A stretch of 64,000 bases of DNA from an uncultured Oscillospiraceae bacterium (lineage in GTDB: Bacteria > Bacillota > Clostridia > Oscillospirales > Oscillospiraceae): positions 55,712-119,711 of the forward strand of contig CAKTQV010000005.1 of NCBI GenBank assembly GCA_934597255.1. Direction: 5' to 3'. The translations under genes were made by a program, and so were the position numbers. This document shows, in pieces, positions 8,955 through 16,723 of this stretch (position 1 is its first letter; every line of letters starts with the position of its first letter). A model generated the notes under the pieces. It was not told the origin of the DNA, searched no databases, and saw nothing but the letters and a program-made list of their open reading frames with translations.

Positions 8955-10412
8955 TTACTGGAAGATGCCGAGCCCGAAGAAGTCGTTGAGCTGGCCGAGA
9001 AGGACCAGGACCATGACGACCGGGACCACAAAGCGGATGCAGATGGTATAGAACTTGTTCAGCAGCGGCGTCACGCGGCAGCCGTTCGAAAGCTCGTCGG
9101 TCGTGAAGCCCGGCTTGAGCGACCAGCCGATCATGATCGCCATCAGCAGCGCGCCGAGCGGCATGGCGATACCCTCGGCAATGCAGTCGAAGAAGTCAAG
9201 CCAGCAGTCGTTGAAGCCGTTGACGAAGAATTTCTGGAACGGGACCCACACGCCGTTGCTGCCCAGACCGTCCCAGGCCACGAGAATGGCCAGCACCGTG
9301 AAGCAGGCGCACACGATCCAGGTGATGCGGGAGCGGTCGACGGTCTTTTTCTTCTCCGCGCGCACGTCGGACACATAGGTCACGAGCACCTCGACCAGCG
9401 AAATGGACGACGAGATGGCCGCGATGAGCACCAGACCGAAGAAGATGACGCCGAACAGCGCGCCGATGATGCCCATGGAGCCGAACACGTTCTGCATCGT
9501 AACGAACAGCAGGCCGGGGCCGGAAAGCTTGATCTCGTTCATGGGGATGCCGTTCTGCACACCGTAGGCCACGGCGGACGGGATAACGGCCAGGCCGGCC
9601 ATCAGCGCGACCAGCGTGTCGGACACGACGATGATGGCGGAGTTTTTCACCAGATTTTCGCTCTTGGAAAGATAGGAGCCGTAGGTGATCATGGCGCCCA
9701 TGGCCAGCGAGAGGGAGAAGAACATCTGGCCGCCGGCCGTGGCAAGGATGCTGATGAAGTTGGGCGTTTTCTCAATAAACCCGGCCTTGACCGCGTAGCC
9801 GGGGACAAACATGAACTTCAGACCCTCGACGGCGCCGTCCATCGTGACGGCACGGATGATGATGATCACGAGCATAACGGCCAGCGCCGGCATGCCGATG
9901 GTATTGAACTTTTCCAGCCCGCCGGACACGCCGCCGCGGACGATCGCCACGTTGAGCAGAACGAAGATGAGCGTGAAAACGACGCAGCCCCACTGGTTGG
10001 TGCACATGGCCGCGAACAGATCCGTGCCGGACAGCGACGCCTGGGCAAAGGCGATGTTCGCCAGATTGTAAAAGATATACTGCAGGCAGTAGCCGCCGAG
10101 CACGCAGTAGAACGTCAGGATCAGAAACGGCGAAATGACGCCCAGCCAGCCGACCCAGGCAAAGCGCTTGGACGCCTGCTTGTACGCGCCGATGATGCCC
10201 TTGCCAGTCTTGCGGCCGAGCGCAAGCTCGGTCATCATGATAACGAAGCCGACGAACAGCGCCAGCAGAAGGTAGACGAGCAGGAAGCTGAAGCCCCCGC
10301 TTTTACCCATCTTGTACGGGAAGCCCCAGATGTTCCCAAGGCCGACCGCGGAGCCGATGGCAGCCATCAGAAAACCGATGTTGCTGGCCCATGAACCGCG
10401 TTTGTGTTCCAT
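8955..10412 (-). CDS. Sodium-dependent transporter, SNF (neurotransmitter:sodium symporter) family
   Basis: About 12 TM helices. NSS-family N-terminus WASNIGFLMAAIGSAVGLGNIWGFPY. GGAGG RBS 7 nt before the second ATG (MEHKRGSW). Confidence 0.85.
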   Translation of the reverse strand: MEHKRGSWASNIGFLMAAIGSAVGLGNIWGFPYKMGKSGGFSFLLVYLLLALFVGFVIMMTELALGRKTGKGIIGAYKQASKRFAWVGWLGVISPFLILTFYCVLGGYCLQYIFYNLANIAFAQASLSGTDLFAAMCTNQWGCVVFTLIFVLLNVAIVRGGVSGGLEKFNTIGMPALAVMLVIIIIRAVTMDGAVEGLKFMFVPGYAVKAGFIEKTPNFISILATAGGQMFFSLSLAMGAMITYGSYLSKSENLVKNSAIIVVSDTLVALMAGLAVIPSAVAYGVQNGIPMNEIKLSGPGLLFVTMQNVFGSMGIIGALFGVIFFGLVLIAAISSSISLVEVLVTYVSDVRAEKKKTVDRSRITWIVCACFTVLAILVAWDGLGSNGVWVPFQKFFVNGFNDCWLDFFDCIAEGIAMPLGALLMAIMIGWSLKPGFTTDELSNGCRVTPLLNKFYTICIRFVVPVVMVLVLLGQLNDFFGLGIFQ

Positions 10413-10534
10413 TGTCATTCCTCCAAATCTCTCTTTTACTATTTAGTACAGAAAATAGTGTTTATAACTATACCATTAACCGCCCAATTTGGAAAGAAAA
10501 AATTGTGCATTTTTAATAATTAAAAATTTGTCAA

Positions 10535-10580
10535 GAAAACACAGAAGAATTCCCGGCGGGCTTTGTGCTGTCCGCCGGGA
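10535..10580 (-). terminator. Terminator downstream of the 5'-nucleotidase gene
   Basis: Inverted repeat CCCGGCGG...CCGCCGGG followed on the minus strand by a U-rich tract. Confidence 0.45.
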
Positions 10581-10598
10581 ATTTTCGCTATATTTTAT

Positions 10599-12767
10599 TC
10601 ATTCTGCCGGAACCACGCGTCCGTCCGGGCAAAGCTCGTCGGGATAGATGGTATAGTCGGCCTCCGCCAAGAAGCGGCACCAGCAGCGCGCCATCTCCTC
10701 CTTGCTCGGCACGATCAGAAGCGGGCTGTCGTCCGGGACGGAGCTCATGTTGCCGCCGCCGACCTCCGCCGCGCAGCCGACCGTCCAGTCCTCGCCGACA
10801 AGATATTCGCCGTTTTCATAGATACATTCGTCGCCCACCGTCAGGCTCACGACCGCCTTCGTCGCCGGGTCGTAGGTGCAGCGCAGCCCCGCGACCTGGA
10901 ACATGTTGTTGTTCTCCTCGCCGAGCTTCGAGCAGGACGTCGTCATCAGCGCGACCAGCTCCGCCGCCGTGTACTGCGCGTAATAGATCTTCAGGGGGTT
11001 GGCAAAAACGCTCATGGCGTCCACCAGCGTGATGTCGCCCGGCTCGATGCTCGAGCGGACCCAGAAGCCGGGGTAAAGCGCGATGGAGATCGGCTCGCCC
11101 TGCCACAGCTGCTGCGCCGTCCAGAGGATGCCGTCGGCCACAAGATCGCCGAGATTTGTCTCGTTGGCGCGCACGCCGCCGGCGGGGTTGCCCGTGGAGA
11201 TGCGGTCGCCGTTGAGATAATACTCCGTGCTGGCCCAGACCTCGGTGTAGCCGTCGGCCGCGAGCCGGTCATAGCAGCGGTCGACCGCCGCCTGCACCTG
11301 CGCGTCCGGCAGCACGCCCTCGACGGCGCCGTCCTCGCCGGGAACAAGATTCTCACAGTCCTTGGCGACGACCCGGCCGTCCTTGATATACAGATACAAA
11401 ACACCGATGGCCTCGCCCTTGCAGGACGCCTGATTGACGATAGGGCTGCGGCCATAGCCCGCGAACAGCCAGCCCTCGCCGTCGTTGATGACGGAGTGGG
11501 TGTGGGCGTCTATGATGGCGTCCAGGCCGTCGGTCTTCATGGCAAGCTGCGCGGAGTTGGTGTCGTTGGAGGAGGTCTGCGTGCTGTCCGCGCCGAGCCA
11601 GCCGACGTGGCCGAGCATCACGACGGCCGTCGCGCCCTCGTCCGCCAGCGCGTCGGTCATGGCCTGCGCCACGGTCTGCGTGGCCATGCCGGTGAAGTAG
11701 GCGTCCGTGATGGAGCCGCCGTTGGTGGAAACGCCGAACAGGCCGAGCTTCGTTCCGTTCGCCGTTTCAACGATCGCGCCGTCGTCCAGCGGGTTTCCGC
11801 CCGTCTCCAGATCGTACTGCGCCGGGTCGAGCTTGTCGAAGTTCAGCGTTCCGTCCTCGTTGAGGCTCACGGCGTCCGGGTACAGCGCGGCGAATTCCTC
11901 CGCGCCCACGGCCGGCTCGTAGGAGGCGGCGCAGGATGACAGGGACACCGGCTCGGCGGCCTTGAGATTGGCCAGGAGCGTCGTCGTGCCCTCGGCGTTG
12001 CCGAGCGCGGCCAGCAGATAGGTAGACATGCCCTGATCGCTCAGTCCGCCGTCGTTGTTGCCCCAGGTCATATAATCATAAATGCCGCTCATGACATAGG
12101 GGATGTATTCGCCCTCGTAAACGTGCGCCGCCGCGTAGCCGCCGGCGTACTGGTCGCCGGCGTTGACGGCCAGGACCAGAGAATATTTCCCGGACGCCGC
12201 GAGCTGGTCCTTCAGCCCCCTGACATAGGGCTCGAGCTGCATGAAGCCATGCGTATCGTTCGTGTGGACGATGGCGACCGTCTCGTCGTAATCGCATACG
12301 AACTGGACGTTGCCGATCACATCGCCGTTCCCGACCGTGTCGGACTGCGAAAAGAACACGATCACCGGGAAATCGGCCTCGACCTGCGCGCCGGGCTCAA
12401 TCTCCAGCCGGTCCACGGTGCAGCTGTCGCTCACAAACCAGGTCTCGCCCGCGGCGACGTAGCGGTCGCCCTGCGACGGGCCGCAGTCCTCGCCGGTATA
12501 CAGCCCGGTCAGATCCGTCTCCCCGCCGTCCGGCTGCTCATAGGCGTCGTAGACGATGCGGATATCCGTCGGCTCGCCGGCGTCCGCGGCGCTGCCGGAG
12601 GCCTCCCCGGAGGGCTTGCCCGACGGCTCGGCGCTCGCGCCGCCCCCGGCCGCCGCGTCCGTCTGCGCGGGCGCCGCCGCGGGAGTCTCCGCCGCCGCCT
12701 GTGTGCCGCAGGCCGAAAGGCCCAGCGCCATGCAGGCGATGAGCAGCATGCAAAGCAGTTTCTTCAT
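10599..12767 (-). CDS. Secreted lipoprotein, bifunctional metallophosphatase / 5'-nucleotidase family
   Basis: Signal peptide with lipobox LGLSAC. Calcineurin-like motifs (VAIVHTNDTHG, NAGDQ, TWGNND) plus a 5'-nucleotidase C-terminal region. AAAGGGAG RBS. Confidence 0.75.
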   Translation of the reverse strand: MKKLLCMLLIACMALGLSACGTQAAAETPAAAPAQTDAAAGGGASAEPSGKPSGEASGSAADAGEPTDIRIVYDAYEQPDGGETDLTGLYTGEDCGPSQGDRYVAAGETWFVSDSCTVDRLEIEPGAQVEADFPVIVFFSQSDTVGNGDVIGNVQFVCDYDETVAIVHTNDTHGFMQLEPYVRGLKDQLAASGKYSLVLAVNAGDQYAGGYAAAHVYEGEYIPYVMSGIYDYMTWGNNDGGLSDQGMSTYLLAALGNAEGTTTLLANLKAAEPVSLSSCAASYEPAVGAEEFAALYPDAVSLNEDGTLNFDKLDPAQYDLETGGNPLDDGAIVETANGTKLGLFGVSTNGGSITDAYFTGMATQTVAQAMTDALADEGATAVVMLGHVGWLGADSTQTSSNDTNSAQLAMKTDGLDAIIDAHTHSVINDGEGWLFAGYGRSPIVNQASCKGEAIGVLYLYIKDGRVVAKDCENLVPGEDGAVEGVLPDAQVQAAVDRCYDRLAADGYTEVWASTEYYLNGDRISTGNPAGGVRANETNLGDLVADGILWTAQQLWQGEPISIALYPGFWVRSSIEPGDITLVDAMSVFANPLKIYYAQYTAAELVALMTTSCSKLGEENNNMFQVAGLRCTYDPATKAVVSLTVGDECIYENGEYLVGEDWTVGCAAEVGGGNMSSVPDDSPLLIVPSKEEMARCWCRFLAEADYTIYPDELCPDGRVVPAE

Positions 12768-12788
12768 CGTGTTCTCCCTTTCATTTTG

Positions 12789-13385
12789 TCATATTTCGAG
12801 CCGCTCCGGCGCCGCCGCGCGGGTCGCCGCGCAGACGCTGCCAAAGCAGTCTTCGACCCGAAAATCCGTAAAAAGCCACGGCGCGCCGCCGGCCAGCACG
12901 CTGTATTCATCCAGCGCGAGCATCCGCTCCCGGCTCATCGCCTTGACCCATGCCTCCTTGCGCGCCCACAGCGCCATGAGCGCGTCGTTCTGTTCCGCTG
13001 CGGGCAGCGACTCCAGATACGCCCGCTCGTCCGCGCAGAAGCGCCGCGCGATCGACAGCTTCGCCGGACGCGGCTTTTGGATGTCTGCGCCCACCGGCCC
13101 GTCCGACAGCGCGCACAGGCAAAGCTCGCCCGAATGGGACAGGCTGAAGCACGCCCCGCCGCCGGCAAACACGGGCTTTCCCGCGCCGAGCCGGCGCACC
13201 GGCGCGTCCGGGTCAAGTCCGTTTTCCTCCATCACGCGCCGCCACAGCAGCCCCGCCCCAAGCGAGGAGCGCCGCGCGTCTTCATTTTTCAGGCGCTCAA
13301 GCGTCTCCCGCCGCCAGGCCGGAAGCCGCGCCGTCAGCGCCGCCGTTTCCGTGTCCGGCCGCCGGGCGTAATACAATCGCAGCAT
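12789..13385 (-). CDS. 4'-phosphopantetheinyl transferase (Sfp type)
   Basis: Motifs GKPVFAGGG...FSLSHSG and WARKEAWVKA (the W/KEA..K signature). Start trimmed to the ATG right after the upstream stop (MLRLYYARR). Confidence 0.7.
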   Translation of the reverse strand: MLRLYYARRPDTETAALTARLPAWRRETLERLKNEDARRSSLGAGLLWRRVMEENGLDPDAPVRRLGAGKPVFAGGGACFSLSHSGELCLCALSDGPVGADIQKPRPAKLSIARRFCADERAYLESLPAAEQNDALMALWARKEAWVKAMSRERMLALDEYSVLAGGAPWLFTDFRVEDCFGSVCAATRAAAPERLEI

Positions 13386-13389
13386 GCTC

Positions 13390-14826
13390 TCACCACCAGG
13401 AACTGAAATAGTATATGTAATAAAAGCGGCCGCTTCGGATGCGGAAAAGGTCAAAATCCTGGTGCCCGCGGCTGCGGTCCGATTCGATCTCCGTGTCGTA
13501 GATGTAGTAGGCGCCGTTTTCCGGTATCGCGACGAAGCCGTGCGGGAGCGTGTAGTTGTCGAAATAGCCCCGGATCATATAGGCTTTATAGCCGAGCGCC
13601 CGCGCCAGGAAACCAAAGCCGCCGGCATAGTCGTAGCAGCAGCCGCCGCCGGTTTTGAAAAAGCGCAGCGCGCGCAGCTCAAAGCAGTCGCTGTCGTCGT
13701 CGGCAAAGCCGTAGGAGTACCAGTCGTGATAGATATAGGTGAAGTTGTGTACGCAGTAGATATAAGCCGCCCGCAGCGCCTCGTAGTCGCTCATGCGGTC
13801 GGTGCCTAGCTCCAGCAGGATATCGCGGATAGTGTCGTCAAGCTCAGGGAGGCCGGTCGTATAGCGCCCGTCCGCACCGAAGGTCCATTTCCACAGTGTC
13901 CCGCTGCGCAGAAGGCTCCCATCCTCCTGCACATAGAACAGCCCTCCGTCGATGCGATGGAAGCCCGGCTCCAGCGGCGGGCATTCCCAGAACTCCCGAT
14001 CTCCGTCGTAGAAGAACGTATGCGGGCAGCTTGCCTCCAGAACATCGGCAAAGTCGGCATGGCTGCTTGACAGGTCGCGGAACGTGCCGCCGCGTCCGCT
14101 GAGCAGCGCCGCGCTCCTGTCCCCCTGGCGTCCGAGCACCCGGTTCATAACACGGCAGAACTCCGCGCGGGTGACGGCGGCATCGGGATAGAACTTTCCG
14201 CCCGCCTCGACCCAGCCGCGCTGCGCCGCGTTTTCGATGGCCGCCGATGCCCAGTGTCCGGAGCTGTCCTCAAAGGACGGGATGGACATATCGGACAGGC
14301 GATTCACCTCCGCTCCGCGGCGGAGGAACGAGCCGACGTATGGCCGTTTTACATCCCATGCCGGCTCCGGCGGGTAAATGCGCGAGAGCATGGTCACGAG
14401 CTGGGCACGGCTCAGCATGCCTCTGGGGTTGAAGCCACCCGTCGAATCGTTCACGACGCCCCAGGCCGTGAGGCAGCCCAGCGCCTCATACAGCGCGTCG
14501 TCCTCGTCCACGTCGGAAAAGGAGCAGTCGCCCTCGATCGGGTTTTCCAGCAGCTTATACAGCGCGCGGCAGGCGTCGCCCCGCGTGATCGGCGCATCCG
14601 GCGCGATACAGTCGGCGAAAGCTGGCTCAAGATAGAGGATATGCTCCTCCGTTATCAGAGAGGGCGTACCCTTATTCCTCGGCGCAGGGTCTCGGTCTGC
14701 GGCGATCAGCTTGACCGAAAGCGTCGGCGTAGCCTCCGGCTCCGCCGCCACAAGCTCGGTCTCGCCGCAGCCGGCAAGGCACAGCGCCAGCAATATGAAA
14801 ATGGCGATCAGCGCGGTTCGTTTCAC
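13390..14826 (-). CDS. Lipoprotein with two SLH domains and a C-terminal transglutaminase-like cysteine-protease domain (paralog 1)
   Basis: GTG start giving MKRTALIAIFILLALCLAGCG (lipobox). SLH motifs FSDVDEDDALYEALGCLTAWGVV and VTRAEFCRVMNRVLGR. C-terminal GGGCCYDYAGGFGFLARALGY...HGFVAIPENGAYYIYD (Cys/His/Asp). Confidence 0.7.
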   Translation of the reverse strand: MKRTALIAIFILLALCLAGCGETELVAAEPEATPTLSVKLIAADRDPAPRNKGTPSLITEEHILYLEPAFADCIAPDAPITRGDACRALYKLLENPIEGDCSFSDVDEDDALYEALGCLTAWGVVNDSTGGFNPRGMLSRAQLVTMLSRIYPPEPAWDVKRPYVGSFLRRGAEVNRLSDMSIPSFEDSSGHWASAAIENAAQRGWVEAGGKFYPDAAVTRAEFCRVMNRVLGRQGDRSAALLSGRGGTFRDLSSSHADFADVLEASCPHTFFYDGDREFWECPPLEPGFHRIDGGLFYVQEDGSLLRSGTLWKWTFGADGRYTTGLPELDDTIRDILLELGTDRMSDYEALRAAYIYCVHNFTYIYHDWYSYGFADDDSDCFELRALRFFKTGGGCCYDYAGGFGFLARALGYKAYMIRGYFDNYTLPHGFVAIPENGAYYIYDTEIESDRSRGHQDFDLFRIRSGRFYYIYYFSSWW

Positions 14827-14867
14827 GGCGTGGTGCTTCCTTCCGTCCTTTTTCTCCGGCGGCCGGG

Positions 14868-15000
14868 ACACAGCATACTTTTTTAATTTTATCACCAACA
14901 CAGCCCTCTGCGCAACTGTCCTTTCCAAAAAAACGCAGCAAATTTCTCCATGAAAAGGAAGACGGGCCGAGCCGAAGCTCAGCCCGTCCGTCCGGGAATG
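14868..15000. repeat. About 130-bp cassette (terminator hairpin plus sigma-A promoter), copy 1 of a direct repeat (copy 2 at 16495..16630)
   Basis: Near-identical sequence CAGCATACTTTTTTAATTTTATCACCAACAC...GACGGGCCGAGCCGAAGCTCAGCCCGTCCGTCCGGGAATG is present upstream of both SLH paralogs. On the minus strand it reads as hairpin GACGGGC/GCCCGTC plus a U-rich tail, then TTGCGC-17-ATAAAAT. Confidence 0.7.
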
Positions 15001-15021
15001 TATCAGGCCAAAGGCCCTATA

Positions 15022-16455
15022 TCACCACCAGGGCGTGTACCAGTAATTATAGATCGACCCGTTCGTGATCCGGAACAGGTCAAAATCCGTGTGCCGCCAC
15101 GGGCGCGCCGACTCAAGCTCCGGGTCGTATATGTAGTTGACGCCGTTCTCCGGGATCACGACAAAGCCGTGCGGCGCGTAATACTGGTTCACTTCCGCCT
15201 TGACTATGTAGCAGTTGAAGCCGAGCGTGCGCGCCAGCAGCCCGAAGCCCGCGGCGTAATCGTAGCAGCAGCCGCCGCCGGTTTTGAAAAAGCGCAGCGC
15301 GCGGAAGGCAAACTCGTCGTGAACGTCGTCAAAGCCGTAGGAGTACCAGTTGTGGTAGATGTACACATGGTCGTGCGTGCAGTAAAGATACGCCGCGCGC
15401 AGCGCCTCGGTCTCGCTCATATCGTCGGTGCCGAGCTCCAGCAGGATATCGCAGATGATGTCGTCCAGCTCCGTCAGCCCCGTCGTATAGCGGCCGCTGT
15501 CGTCAAAATCCCACTGCTCAACGCTTCCGCCGCGCAGAAGGCTCCCGTCCTCCTGCACATAATAAAGCCGTCCGCCGGCGCGGTGCAGCCCCGGCTCGAG
15601 CGTCCGGCAGCGCCAGCATTCCCGTCCGCCGTCGTCATAGAAAAACTCATGCCGGCAGGAAGCCTCCAGAACGTCGCCGTAATCCTCATGATCGACCGGC
15701 AGATCGCGGAAATGGCCGTAGCTGCCGCTCAGCAGCGCCACGCCCTCGTCCCCGCGGCGGCCGAGCGCCCGGTTCAGTATGCGGCAGAACTCCGCGCGGG
15801 TAACGGCCGCGTCGGGATAGAATTTCCCGCCCGCCTCGATCCAGCCGCGCCGCACCGCGTTTTCGACCGCCGCGGACGACCAGTGGCCGGACGTATCCTC
15901 AAACGAGGGGATGCCGGCGTCGGGCAGGCGCTCCACATCTGCGCTCCGGCGGCGGAACGAGCCGACATACGGCTCCTCCGCGCCCTCCGCCGGCTCCGGC
16001 GGGTAAAAGCGCGACAGCATCGTCACGAGCTGGGCGCGGCTGAGCATATCCGTAGGGCCGAATTCGCCCGCCGAATCGGTCACGACGCCCCATGCCGCCA
16101 GGCAGCTCAGCACCTCGTACAGCTCGTCGTCCGGACTTACGTCGGAATAGGCGCACGCGCCCTCGATCGGGTTTTCCAGCAGCGTGTACAGCGCGCGGCA
16201 GGCGTCGCCCCGCGTGATCGGCGCGTCCGGCGCGATGCGGCCGGTATGGATCGGTTCCAGGTAGACCAGATGCTCCTGCGTGTTCAGCCGCGGCAGCGCC
16301 CCGCTCTCCGCCGCCGCGCTCCGGCGCCCGGCGATCAGCTTGACCGAAAGCGTCGGCGTAGCCTCCGGCTCTGCCGCCACAAGCTCGGTCCGGCCGCAGC
16401 CGGCAAGGCACAACGCCAGCAATATGAAAATGGCGATCAGCGCGGTTCGTTTCAC
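15022..16455 (-). CDS. Lipoprotein with SLH domains and transglutaminase-like domain (paralog 2)
   Basis: Same architecture as 13390..14826, with roughly 70% identity by eye. Same N-terminal lipoprotein signal. Confidence 0.7.
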   Translation of the reverse strand: MKRTALIAIFILLALCLAGCGRTELVAAEPEATPTLSVKLIAGRRSAAAESGALPRLNTQEHLVYLEPIHTGRIAPDAPITRGDACRALYTLLENPIEGACAYSDVSPDDELYEVLSCLAAWGVVTDSAGEFGPTDMLSRAQLVTMLSRFYPPEPAEGAEEPYVGSFRRRSADVERLPDAGIPSFEDTSGHWSSAAVENAVRRGWIEAGGKFYPDAAVTRAEFCRILNRALGRRGDEGVALLSGSYGHFRDLPVDHEDYGDVLEASCRHEFFYDDGGRECWRCRTLEPGLHRAGGRLYYVQEDGSLLRGGSVEQWDFDDSGRYTTGLTELDDIICDILLELGTDDMSETEALRAAYLYCTHDHVYIYHNWYSYGFDDVHDEFAFRALRFFKTGGGCCYDYAAGFGLLARTLGFNCYIVKAEVNQYYAPHGFVVIPENGVNYIYDPELESARPWRHTDFDLFRITNGSIYNYWYTPWW

Positions 16456-16494
16456 GGCAAGGTGCTTCCTTCTGTCTTTTTTCCCGGCGGCCGG

Positions 16495-16630
16495 GACACA
16501 GCATACTTTTTAATTTTATCACCAACACGCCCCTCTGCGCAACTGTCCTTTCCAAAAAAACGCAGCAAATTTCTCCATGAAAAAGCGGACGGGCCGAGCC
16601 GAAGCTCAGCCCGTCCGTCCGGGAATGCGT
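16495..16630. repeat. Copy 2 of the terminator/promoter cassette
   Basis: See 14868..15000. Confidence 0.7.
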
Positions 16631-16723
16631 CAGGCCCAAGACCAGGGCCTTTTCGCCGCGGCTTTCGGGCCGCAAAAAAGACCCCGGCGCCGAAGCGCCG
16701 GGGCGTACAGGTTCGTTTTTCGT

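Noticed and set aside
8946-10394. 482-aa + strand ORF
   Set aside because: Antisense to the SNF transporter. Composition dominated by D/H/R/G/A with no motifs.
10413-10530. Possible T-box or riboswitch leader upstream of the SNF amino-acid-type transporter
   Set aside because: The 5' UTR is only about 100 nt and AT-rich, with no T-box specifier/antiterminator or recognisable riboswitch core. Too short for a T-box.
10563-11939. 458-aa + strand ORF
   Set aside because: Antisense to the 5'-nucleotidase lipoprotein gene, which has signal peptide, RBS and catalytic motifs.
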